From: Neocallimastix sp. 'constans'
Lineage: Eukaryota
Length of the DNA stretch: 64,000 bases
Assembly (NCBI GenBank): GCA_050613775.1
Contig: JBODTK010000121.1
Location: 434,001-498,000 of the forward strand
Direction: 5' to 3'
Under the pieces are notes generated by a model. The model had not been told where the DNA came from and did not search any database. It worked only from the letters and a program-made list of their open reading frames with translations. How positions within the stretch are numbered: the stretch's first letter is position 1; each line of letters opens with the position of its first letter. A program made the position numbers and the translations under genes. This document shows, piece after piece, positions 14,701 to 26,702 of the stretch.

Positions 14701-15177
14701 GTAGGAAAAGATTATAAATCCAATAAGCAGTCAGAAGAAGTATCAAATAAAGTTTCATTAACTATTTCAAATTCAAATAAAAGTGATATATCGTCCTTAA
14801 AAAATATGATATTAATTGAAGAAAGTGATATATCATTATTGGAAAGAGCGAATGATGATTTATCAAAATCAGAAAATACTAGAATCATTAATAATAAAAG
14901 TTCATTACCATCAAAAAATAATTTTATGAGCAATAGTAGTGACATATCATCGTCGAGAAATGCATTATTATCCATGGAAAGTAATATTTCAACTTCAGAA
15001 AGTATTTTATTAGCCAGTAGTAGTAGTGGACTTTCTCAATTAGAAGATTCGCTATTACTTAATAATAAGAATGTATCTCCACAAGAGGAAATAATACCAA
15101 TAAATGAAATAGAAAAAGAATTAATAAAAAATTCAAAAAATATTACAAATCAAAAAAAGGATATTATAGATTCATAA
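11720..15177 (+). CDS. Extracellular solute-binding-protein domain fused to a class C GPCR-like 7TM domain, ~954 aa, 5 exons (11720-11768, 11963-12342, 12440-12611, 12731-12874, 13058-15177)
   Basis: All four GT-AG introns splice in frame, and the start reads like a signal peptide (MNSINKLFLIYIFCSILLFETVKA). Family-1 sugar SBP motifs: YDIYFYD, KLVGLP...LYSNIELLNKYNKEIPKTWDELLETGK, LPG...VGGYNIGIN. Seven hydrophobic segments follow, with Cys at the top of TM3 (LRCHL) and in ECL2 (FQKCK), then a long Ser/Asn-rich tail. Confidence 0.85.
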
Positions 15178-15722
15178 ATTATTACCACAGTACATTTACA
15201 TAGCTATTTTAATTATTTATATATATACTTTTTTGTTAGTTTTTTTATATATTTAAAAATAAAAATAAATACAATAAATACGAAAATATTTTTTTACTTT
15301 TATGATATTAATATTTTATAATACTTTATATGTACTTATAAAAAGGATAAATTTAAACATCTTTAGTAGTATATATAAAAAACAACATACATATATTAAT
15401 TAAATGTATATAATTTACTAAAACCTAAAACCATAATTTAATATTTTTAATTTATAAAAATTAAATAATTTAAATAATTATATTTTTGAAAATTCTACAA
15501 ATAATTTATTTATTTCACTAAAATATTAATTTCTATTAAGAAAACGAAATAAAAGATTAATATATGAAATATATTTATAATTTTTTATTTTTTTTTATTT
15601 TATGTTTAATTATTAATTCAAAGTTCATTTACTTCTTTGCTTTATTTTATAAACTATACTTAGAAAAAAATAATTATATATGATCTGATTAAATTTTTTA
15701 TTTATATATATTTAAATATTTA

Positions 15723-15988
15723 TTAGTACAGATTTCTTTAGGATAATATATGTATCTGTTTAACCTATGAATTAACTCAAGGTTTATAAAGTGTTATTCC
15801 TGATGGAGAAAAATATACCTCTCCAATAAGTCAAGAATTAACATTAATTATTCTGTTTAAAGTGTTTAATTAAAATACAAAAGAAGAATTTAGATAATTG
15901 TCCAATATGTCGTTCTAAAGATGCGGTAAAGAAAGCCACATCCAAAAATTTAGAGAAATAATTATTAAAGTTTTTAATAACTAATTTA
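15723..15988 (+). pseudogene. Decayed partial duplicate of the SPX-RING gene (RING region)
   Basis: Clearly similar at the nucleotide level to 10021-10312 (TATGAATTAACTCAAG, AGTGTTATTCCTGATG, GCCACATCCAAAAATTTAGA). Carries stops, a deletion in the RING and loss of Cys codons. Confidence 0.9.
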
Positions 15989-16101
15989 CAAAAAATAAAA
16001 TAAATAATAAAGAAATAGTTTTATTATTTCTTTATTATTAAATTTAAAAAAATTATTTTGAATTAATATTTATTTATTTATTCATTTATTTATATCAATA
16101 C

Positions 16102-16160
16102 TCCACTTAGCGAAATGCAACATTTTAATACTACGCCACCTGGCGAAGTGTAACCTGCAA
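16102..16160. repeat. Solo MULE-family TIR fragment
   Basis: Contains GCGAAATGCA, CGCCAC and GGAAATGCAACTC sub-motifs like the TIRs at 4027-4066 and 39069-39094. Confidence 0.55.
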
Positions 16161-16279
16161 TTTGGGGAAATGCAACTCTACCTCTTTTAATATTTTTATT
16201 TTTATTTATTTATTAATAATAATTAGTTATCAATTTAACAATTACATAAAATAATTTACATTTATACTAATTTATAATA

Positions 16280-16356
16280 TTTTTTTTTTTTTATAGACTG
16301 AAGACTTTGGTCTTCCCCATATAGTAATATGGGTGTATGATTAACTGCCATATCAG
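16280..16356 (-). mobile_element. Short poly(A)-tailed double-hairpin retroposon (SINE-like or extremely 5'-truncated LINE), copy 1
   Basis: Reverse complement of most of 57694-57781, with poly(T) on the + strand. 15-bp TSD TACTAATTTATAATA at 16265-16279 and 16357-16371. Confidence 0.88.
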
Positions 16357-16633
16357 TACTAATTTATAATAAAGTTATCCAATAATAAAATATAAAGTTT
16401 AATAAAATATATACATAACAAAATGTTTTACAATATAATAAATATTGTAATAAAATAAAAGTTATTTAATATAATAAATTTTTAATAATACACAATTAAT
16501 TTCATATTTTTATGAAATCATTAATTTCCTATGTTCTAATGCTATTTTCACTAGTCACAATAACAATAAGTTTATCAATTTGCAATTAACATAATTTTTT
16601 AAAATATTTATGTGTTTATAATAAGTTTATTTT

Positions 16634-18783
16634 TGTTAGAGTATGTGAAATGTATGAAAAATAAGCTTCAAATGTATTGAAGCATATTGTAATATAAATA
16701 ATGTATAAGCCACAATGTATTAATATAAAAGCATTTAATTTAGAATAATTAAGTGCTAGTAACTCTTTATCATAAAATATATTAATAAAATTGACATAAT
16801 TATAAACCATAAATTCATAACTCTTAACAGATTAAGAGTCTCATCTGGCTCTTAAAAAGATTCATAGCAAAAGAATCTTTTGCCGGAAACAATATTATGT
16901 CAAAAAAAAAAAAAAATAAAATAAAATAATTGAATTTTAAATTATGATAAAGGTTGCTTATTATGTCAATTTTTAAAATGACTAATAAAACTGATAACTG
17001 ATCAAAATAATCAAGAAAGAAAATTGAAGAAACCCGTAAAATATAAAACTGTTGATAAAAGAAGTTATTTCAGGATAAGTAAAACTCAAAAAAAAAATAT
17101 AAAAATATTTATTTAAAAAGAAAAAACACGTATTAAGGTATATAAAAGAAAATTATATATCTTCATACTAGAGACTCTTAATTGAAATTATAATTTGATA
17201 TTTTAACAAATAAGCTTTTGGCTATCAGTAATATAATATCTATACATGAAGGAATCTACTATGTGATGGACTATTTCCGCACCATGAATATACAAAACAT
17301 ATTATTTAAAGTAAGTTATTTTAACGCGTATTTATAAATATCAAACACGTATATATAAATATAAACTACAACAATGGAGGAGTCTATATGTCAGAGACCT
17401 CATATAAAATAATTAATATATATAATATCCCAAATATTCAAGGGAAATATAATAGAATGGTAATTCCTAGGGTACATTCTAACAATAATAATATTATTAA
17501 ACCTAGAGTGAAATAGGTTTAAATAAAAATAAAATTATTTAATATAATCATAATACAAACCTTCGTGATGAAAGGTATAATAAAATAATAAATATAACCA
17601 TGAGTTATATAAAAATGGATGATGTTTATCCATTTATAAACTATACTTATTTATTACAGAGTATTTAAAACTATTAAAATTTTATAATAAATTTTTTAAT
17701 AATGAGAAAATTCAAATATATAAAATCCTTTTTAGAAATTTGGATTTTAGGGGGAAAATAAAATACAAATTATAAAAATATAAAAGAAAATAAAAATATT
17801 AAAGAAAAGTCACTTAACTGATTCTTTGAGTTAATTATTTGAAAATAATATTTATCTTGAAATGAATAAAATAGCCAAATAGCGAAAATTAACAAAACTT
17901 AACCTTTAAGAAAGAATTAACTGAAATAGTGAATATTAATCAATTATGAAAAAATTTATATTATTACTAATAAATTTAAATGACTAGAATAATATAATTA
18001 ATTATAAATACAATCAATTTTAATACCCCGAGATTATGTTTTATCAAGTACACCAATATATAATTAACCTTTTATTTTAATAGTTATCGCTAAAACTACA
18101 AAGCGAAAATATAAAAAAGTTAGCGCTAATCTATAAAGCGAATTATAATTATTAGTGATATAAAACCCAATATATAAGAGGTATTCACACAAACTGAGAT
18201 GGTATAATATCACCCTTCAAGAGAAAGGTTTCCATCATATATAAATGATATATTTAAACCATATAATTATTTTATATTAAAGATGACATAGATTCATCTA
18301 ATATTTATTAAAGGTGTAAAAATATTAAATACTTTAATTTTAGGGGGAAATTATTAGATTATATATATATTTAAGAAATTATTTTTTCAATATTTAAATT
18401 AAATTAAATAATTAATATAACATAAAAAATATTTTATTCATATAAAATTAGAGGTTAATTTAGGATAGAAATATATATAACAATTTAATAATATCAAGTT
18501 AATAGTGTAAAATAGGATAATTTTATATACACATATTCACCAGTAAACCAATTTATTCATTATAGAATAACTAGGTTTAAGGGGGAATGTTAGAATATGT
18601 GAAATGTATGAAATATAAGCTTCAAATGTATTGAAACATATTGTAATATAAATAATGTATAAGCCACAATGTATTAATATAAAAGCATTTAATTAAGAAT
18701 AATTAAGTGCCAGTAACTCTTTATCATAAAATATATTAATAAAATTGACATAATTATAAACCATAAATTCACAACTCTTAACA
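16634..18783 (+). mobile_element. Non-autonomous LTR retroelement (TRIM/LARD-like)
   Basis: 196-bp LTRs at 16634-16829 and 18588-18783 (TGTTAG...TTAACA, ~6 substitutions) with 5-bp TSD ATTTT. PBS GATTAAGAGTCTCAT at 16830; PPT AAGGGGGAA immediately before the 3' LTR. No recognisable ORF inside. Confidence 0.92.
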
Positions 18784-18970
18784 ATTTTTATATTAATTAT
18801 AGTTTTTATTTGCATTCTATATCAAAGTATTATAAATATAATTTTGTAAAATTAATATTTTTGAGTCTTAAAAATTTTATTAAAAAATATAAATATTAAT
18901 AAATAAATTTTAATTAAATAATATTATATTTCATTGTATGTACATCATATTCTATATTGACTCCTTAATA

Positions 18971-21900
18971 GATTAAGAGTCTCGGCTACAAAGAGACCAA
19001 TTATTAATTTTAATATTAAAAAATTATTATAATTCTAATTAATTTTAAAATATAATTAATGTTTCAAAGTTAATGTTTCAAAATTAATGTTTTAAGGAAT
19101 GGCTAAAAGAAAGAATAATAATATTAACCATATAGAAGAGAGTTCTAGATCATCGACTCGAACTGATAATGGGGACAATGAATTAACCTCTTCTTATGAA
19201 GATGATGAATCTTACGATAAGAAAATTATCATTAATAAAAATTATGGAAATATAACAAATTAGATTTTTGAAATTAAAGATTTTAAATTAAATAAAGAAA
19301 ATTTCATAGAATGGCATGAATCATTAAAAAGGCATTTAATAGCCAATGATTTAGATACTTTTATAGAAAATGAATTTCATTTTTCAAAGATGTACAGAAG
19401 TCACATAAAATTGGACAATGTTGTTCGATCTATTATAATAGATAGTTTAGAAAAATCGAATCAGGAATATTTACGAGGATTCCAAACTGCTTATAGTATG
19501 ATTGAAAGATTAAAAAGCCCCTTCTATCAATCTGGACAAGCACTTTTAAACATTCTAAAGTATAACATTATCAATCTTAAGTTAATTACCAATGACTATA
19601 GTCAATATGTTAATGATTTAAGCAAACTTTTTGAACAACATAAAAATGAATGCAATAAATTAAAAAGAATACCTCTTGATGAAGAAACAAAACTTTTATA
19701 TGCCATAAATGAATTAGATAAAATTGGTATAAACTTACCATCAATTTATAATTATATGAATTTTGAGGATCTTATCAAAGAATTAAGCAAAAGATACGAT
19801 TTTTTTCTTTGAAAAAGCTGAAATACTAAGATCTAAAAATATAATTATAATTGATTTAAATATAAATAATATAAATAGAAGTTAAAGGAATAATAATAAA
19901 AATTAAAAATAAGAATTTTTAATAATAAAATTTATAATGACTATTATTGTAATATATATACAGAATTAAAGGTCAGTCACCAAACTGACTATTGTAAATA
20001 TAATATTTTAATCAAGAAAAATAATAAATCAGATGATAATAACAATAAAAATTATATAATTGTTAATACTAAAAATAAAAAATTTTTTAAAGGATATAAA
20101 AAAAAAATAATTATTAATATAATATTATTGATAATAATAAAGGTAATAATTGTAAAAACAATAACAATAATTCTTTTGAAAATAATGACGACAATGAGAA
20201 GATGAAATTTATATTGATCTCACAGGAAATATTTCAGTCATTCAAAACTGTAATAACGCAATAATTAAAAATAATACTAATTCTACTCATTGGATTATTG
20301 ATAGTGGTGTGGCACTGGCATCAATTTAACCAATAATATAGATAATTTAAATAATTTCGATAAAGTAAATAATAAAAATATCAATTATCCAAATGGTGAT
20401 TTAGATAAGGTTGAAAATGTAGGTACTCACATACAATGGTAAATTTAAAAAAAAAATAACGATTTTGTACTATCAAATGTTTATTTATATATCAAATATT
20501 CAAAACAATTTAATATCCACTCATTTCACTCTCAAAAAAGGATGTACAATCATTATGAAAGGCATAAATAATAAAGATCGTTTACAAATATTCAAAAATA
20601 ATAATCGAATTACAAATATTATTGCAAATGATTAAAAATTTATTCACATTTGTTAAAGTACCTACAAATAATATCATGTCCATGAATTTTGTTTATAATA
20701 TAAACATTAATTTATGGCATGCTCGTTTTGGACATTATAATAATAATAATAATAATAATATTAAAAAAATTTGTTATTGAACTTAATAAAAAATCACAAT
20801 GACAAAAAACTGCCACTAATACAAAATCATTAAATTTAAAAAAAAGAAAACCATTTTTATTCCTCTTCAAATAATGCCACTAAACTTATGGAATTAGTTC
20901 ATTCTGATATCATCGTTAAACTGAAACATCTTATAATGATTTCAATTACTATGTAGCTTTCCTTGATGATTTTTCAAGAAAATTTTGGGTTTAACTGATC
21001 AAACATAAATCTGATGTTCCCTATATTTTTATTAAAATTCATAAATTTATTTCAAATATCACTCCATATAACATTATTAATAGGGGTAAAATACCTATAT
21101 TAAAAAAAAACCTATATTTTGAGGGGAAAACAAATTCGGATGATGAAAAAGAAATCCGTAAATAAAAAAATAATTAATAATATTAATAGAATAATTCCAA
21201 AAAAAAAAAACTTATGAAGAAGCTATGAATTCAGAAAATACAGAACAAATGGAAAAAAGCAATAAACAAAGATTATAGAGTTTATATGAAAATAATATTA
21301 CGAAAATTGTGGAAAAATAAAAAATATTCCAAAAGGCATTAAGTCATTCGATGTTTAATGGGTTTTTTTTTACTACTAAAGGCAATGATATAAAGTAAGA
21401 TTTTATCGTCAGAGGTTTTTGCCAAATTAAAGGAATTGATTACAATTGTACCTATTCATATATAAAAGAAATGGATAGTTATGAACTAACAACCTCTATT
21501 GCATCAACATAATATAAATAAGAGTTAAGACAAATCTATATTAAAGATAAATACTTGAATGTTAATCTAGATAAAAAATTTTGTTTTCAAATTCCAATCT
21601 ATGATAAAAACTTCAATTTTCGGATAATTTAGATTATTACAAAAAAAAAAGGCCTTCTATGGACTCAAACATGCTGGAAGATCATAGTTTTACGAAATCA
21701 CCGGTCTTCTTAAGAAAATTAGGTTAATTCAATAAAATACAGATAATTGCATATTTGGTAAATATAAAAATAATAAATTATGCTTATTACTAAATACATT
21801 ATGTTAATAATATATCAATTGCAGAAGAGAATAAAGAAATAACCAAATTTATTACAAAGATAAAACATAAATACGAAGTTTTCATAGATAAAAAAAAATC

Positions 21901-22110
21901 ATTGAAATTAATATAATGAAAATAAGAAAGGTATATAAAATAAATTAAAAAGGATTATATTAAAAAAAAACATTAACTTACTAGAATATAAACAATACCA
22001 TAAATAACTAGAACATCATGTATTAATGCATAAATTAAAAGATAGAAAAATCCCTGAAAAAAAAAATAAACAAAACTGAATATAAAAGTTTGATTGTACA
22101 TTATATTACA
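18971..22110 (+). mobile_element. Degenerate Ty1/copia retrotransposon, 3' end missing
   Basis: PBS GATTAAGAGTCTC at 18971 and gag from the ATG at 19099 (KENFIEWHESLKRHL). Protease WIIDSG at 20291, LWHARFGH ~20712, integrase ELVHSDI and FLDDFSRK, RT FYGLKHAGRS* ~21655 and TEYKSLI ~22075. Many frameshifts; no RNase H or 3' LTR. Confidence 0.88.
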
Positions 22111-22130
22111 TTATTAATTTCAAAATATTT

Positions 22131-24979
22131 TTATTTGATAGGTTTTAAATCCAACGATTCATTAAAAGGTATACCAAGATATGTATATTGATTAGTGCTT
22201 GGTATATAGTTCATACCAAGTCTAAATGTAGGATTTTCATAATGTCTTGAAGGTATAAAATTCTTTGGTTTAACAACTAGTGTAGCACATTTATTGATTC
22301 CAAAGGTCATTTCATTTTTAATACCCCAATCATGAGCGATATTCAAAAGGATTTTAAGTGAAGATTTTGTGGGAGCTAATAATACAATATCATCAGCAAA
22401 TAATCCACCACAACACTTTTTCTTTTCAGTAATCACACCATAACTTTTACATTTATCAAAAATATCATTGATAAATATATTGAATAAAATAGGTGATAGA
22501 GGACATCCTTGGCGAACACCACGGTGTATTGGAAATTCTTTTGAAAGTTTACCATTAAAGTTTGCACGAGCTTTCGAGGTAAGGTATAGATTAGTAATGA
22601 ATTGAAGGCACTTACCACGAATACCAAGATTATTTAGTTTAGTAAGTATATTGTAAATTGGAACTGAATCATAAGCTTTTTTAAGGTCAAGAAAGGCAAG
22701 AAAGGTAAATTTATCCTTAAATTTTCTTCTTTGACAAATTTCACGAATGGATACAAATAAACTAATACATTCTTCTTTATTTCTAAAACCAAACTGTTCT
22801 GGTCTAATTATTCCATTAGAAAAAGCATAGTCCGATATTCTTTTAGTGACAATTTTTGATAGAATTTTTAAACCTACATTGATGAGTGAAATACCACAAT
22901 AATTATTACAATCTGAAAGATCCCCTTTTTTAGGAATAGAAACAATAGAAACAGAGTTCCATTCATTAGGAAAGTCACCATCCCAAATTTTATTAAAAAG
23001 TAATAACAGACACTTTGCACAATCGGAATAAGTAACCTCTTGATTAAAGTCATCCTGAGAAGAAGTACTACTCTCAGAATTAAAAAATGCTTTAAAAAAT
23101 TCTGTAGGTATACCATCAGGACCAGGTGCTTTGTTATTTTTCATTGAAAGAACAGTTGAATGAATTTCTGACATGGAAATAGGTTGATTAATATCCCATG
23201 ATTCCTGAGGAGTAGAAGAATTATTAAGTATTCTTTTCCAATAATTTTCATTAAGACTGTGACCAGTTATATCAGAAGCAAGTTCTTCATAGTGTTCTGC
23301 AAAACGATTGAGTTGATCTTCTTGGGATACTAGAACATTACCTTCTTTATCTTTAATGTATACAGGTGATTGGGAAGGAGAGTAAGAAGGTTTAGAGATT
23401 TTCTTAAGTCCAGACCAACCACGCTGGGCATCATTTTTTAAGAAACATTCGCCGATGGAATGAATCAAATTTTTAAATCTAATATTCCTAATATTTCTTT
23501 TAATACTAATGATATAATCAGAAAGAACTCTATATTCTTTTGAGAGATCACAAAATTCTTGAAGATTAGACAAATCATTACTAAGTTTAAAATTTTTAAT
23601 ACTTTTATAAAATAAATGTTTTTCATGTGATAATTTCTTAATATAAGCAGGACAATGGAACGCTGAACCCTGTAAATTTGTAGGAACTCTTGCATGAATG
23701 TCATCGCCTATTTTATTAGCTGTGTCAAGAAGTTTTTTAACCATTGTATTAGAGTCTAGATTATCATTATGTTCAAATTCATCCAGTAAACATGTAAATT
23801 TATTATGAGAGAAGATTGCTTCACGTTTATCCCTACAAATTCGATTAGACCACTTAATTTGTTTATCCCGAGGGGGAGTAACAAAACCATCAGGAGATAT
23901 TTTTTTACAAGAAAGAATAAGTGGTAAATGGTCAGAGATGTCATTAAAAGAGTAGCATACAGAAGCAATATTCAGATAATTTCTTAATTTATCGTTCACT
24001 ACTATAAAATCAATACAAGAATTCTTTCCACCATTAGACCAAGTAAATTGATGACCAACCATATCCATAACAAACCATTGAGGGGAAGTTCTAAGAATAA
24101 GATCTTTGAGTTGTTGCTTAGTCATGTTGAAATCACCAACAATAGCCGAAGGGTTATTCTGATGGTTCTTGAGCCAATTAGCAAAATCGGTTTCCGCTTT
24201 TTCTCTAGAGTCTTTGTGTTTTTTGCAAGGGATGTAAATGTTCCCTAAAGAACATCTGACACCCCAAAAAAGGAGAATATATTTACTGAGAGTATATATC
24301 TATATTCAAAATCATCATTAGTGAATTGGCAGGAGGAGTGCACACCTATATAAAGGCCCCTCATACCAGGGATTTTTTTGTCCGCACGTCTCAGTACTGT
24401 TCTATAATGATTAAGGAATGGATATGAGTTAGAAAAAGAATTAAGGAATGAACTATTACCGACTTCTTGAAGACAAATACAAATAGGATTAAAGATTGAA
24501 TTAAAATTGGTAAGTCCGTCATGTTTTTCAGAATTCCAACCATTTATATTCCAGCTAATACAGAGGTTGAAATATTTAGTATTCGAGAAAGGGTTAGCAT
24601 ACAGGAGGCTTTCAGAGATGGGGATTGAGGGTTCAGAATAATACCTGGTACTATTATGATTAACATTGCTAAATGTGCGTATCCTTGAAGTAATCTTCCA
24701 TTTTATTCTTTTAACAGGTAAGTGCTTAGTAATCAAATAAATAACCTTCAAATAATCCGTATAATTATTATAGTTAACTCTTAGGATGAAGTAGTTTTCC
24801 ATATTAATATAGTGTTTTTTAACGATTCCATGAACAACTTCATTACAATTTGATATCTTTTTGCTTAAAAATTCCCATAGTCTACTTTCAGTCCAAGATT
24901 CAAGATCATGAATGAAAATTAAAACAAAATTATCATGGTCAGGACCATAAAGTCGCAGACCTCTTCGTATAGTTGACAT
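22131..24979 (-). mobile_element. Non-LTR retrotransposon (LINE): APE endonuclease + reverse transcriptase, one frameshift, 3'-truncated
   Basis: APE motifs ISWNING, CLQE, VGDFN, CIDF and ISDHLPL. RT motifs KAPGPDG, QFGFR, FLDLKKAYDSV, GVRQGCPLSPILF, LFADD and YLGI. The 244-aa and 664-aa ORFs join across a frameshift near the homopolymer at ~24266-24271. The reading frame ends just after YLGI. Confidence 0.93.
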
Positions 24980-26182
24980 AATTAAATAAAAAACTTATCT
25001 ATATTAATAAAAAGTAAGTGTAATATAAAAATAAAAAAAAATAAAATTAGTAAAAAATTAAAAAATTAAAAAAAAAATAAAAATTTATTGCTGTTGTCTT
25101 CTCTTTCGTGTATATTGTTTGCTAAAATTTGTTTGTTTTTCTTTCTTTTTGTGTTGACTAGTTTTTAATTAATGATTTTCAATTATAAATTCCTGTTTTA
25201 TGTAAAAATTTCTGTAAAATAATCATATATAATATAAATTTAAATGTTAATGAAATAATAGTTGTGAAAAACTATAAAAAGATTCCCATCCATTAAATAA
25301 TGTCTCAAACACAAGCTTTGGAGTGAATCAATCTCCTACATTTCCATTTTACAATAACTACATGAGAGTATAAATAATGCTATAGAAAAAAACATATACA
25401 AAAAAAAAAAAAATGCTAGAGTAAAAATACAATAGATTCATTACAATGATAATATGTAGAAACTACATGATATTATTAATTATACAACTCCAATGTTACT
25501 ACATATCCAGTTTAAGACATTATAGAACGTTAAGTTCACTTTCTACAGTCTTCCAGTATTCCAGATTTCTCTCTTCGTACTAGAAGCCACTTAAGAAAGG
25601 ATAACCATTGATTATCATCAGAATCACAGAAAGCTGTAATTAGTACACCTGATATAGGTTATTCCTTTTCCATCAACCCTCCATGGACCTGGAAAAACAG
25701 TCCACTTCATTGGGGGAACAACTATGCAAATCATCAAAAAATAAATAACATAAAAAAATAAAATAAAATAAATAAAAAATGCAAATCATACACATGCATA
25801 GTTTTAGCATAAACATAGCATAAATATACATATATTAGCAATATATAATAATATAATAAATAATATTATTATTTATTATATTTTATTTATTAAATAAAAT
25901 AATAGGATACAATAAAATAAATATAAATAAAAACTTAAATTTAAGAAATATGTTAGAAGATAGAAATAGTAATTGAATTAATTATAATTTTTATATAACT
26001 TAGCCAATCACATTAACTTTAATATAATCATAAAAATGAATAAAATAAATACTTTTACATAAATGTTAAGATAGATCCTTTTTATAAGAAATATTCTAAT
26101 AATTTATGTCATAATAAATTTAATAACAAATGTCCCTTTATAATCTTAACTTATGTTTTATTACCATTTTTGTGTTTTAATA

Positions 26183-26196
26183 GATTAAGAGTCTCA
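26183..26196 (+). promoter_or_regulatory. Primer-binding site complementary to the tRNA-Lys(CUU) anticodon arm
   Basis: GATTAAGAGTCTCA directly abuts the 5' LTR. Its reverse complement TGAGACTCTTAATC matches the anticodon stem-loop (CTT) of eukaryotic tRNA-Lys as recalled from human and yeast sequences. Confidence 0.8.
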
Positions 26197-26394
26197 GGTC
26201 TACACCTGAGCTTGCTTCAAAGTTAAGTTATATTCTAAATAATATTTATATACATATTAAAGCATAATTATTATTAAATAGTTTAACTAATGCTATTTTT
26301 TTTTCACAATCATTACTTTATATATTATAAGAACAACAGGAAACAATTTTTAAATAAAAAAAGTAAAATAATAATTTATATTTCATGTAAATAC

Positions 26395-26440
<46 letters not shown>

Positions 26441-26442
<2 letters not shown>

Positions 26443-26702
26443 GAAAAATAAAATAAATGTCAATTAATCACTGATTAAACTGAAAAATAAAATAAATGTC
26501 AGTTAATCACTGATTAAACTGAAAAATAAAATAAATGTCAATTAATCACTGATTAAACTGAAAAATAAAATAAATGTCAGTTAATCACTGATTAAACTGA
26601 AAAATAAAATAAATGTCAGTTAATCACTGATTAAACTGAAAAATAAAATAAATGTCAGTTAATCACTGATTAAACTGAAAAATAAAATAAATGTCAGTTA
26701 AT
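26441..26702. repeat. 39-bp tandem repeat (~6.7 copies) in the copia 5' leader
   Basis: Unit CTGAAAAATAAAATAAATGTCA(A/G)TTAATCACTGATTAAA starts at 26441, 26480, 26519, 26558, 26597, 26636 and 26675, preceded by a ~42-nt A tract. Confidence 0.95.

Noticed and set aside
26183..26215. tRNA-Lys gene on the minus strand
   Set aside because: Only 5'-half similarity, with no T-arm or acceptor stem; its position marks it as a PBS.
26441..26702. CRISPR-like array of palindromic repeats
   Set aside because: Units are head-to-tail with no unique spacers, lie inside a eukaryotic retrotransposon leader, and no cas genes are present.
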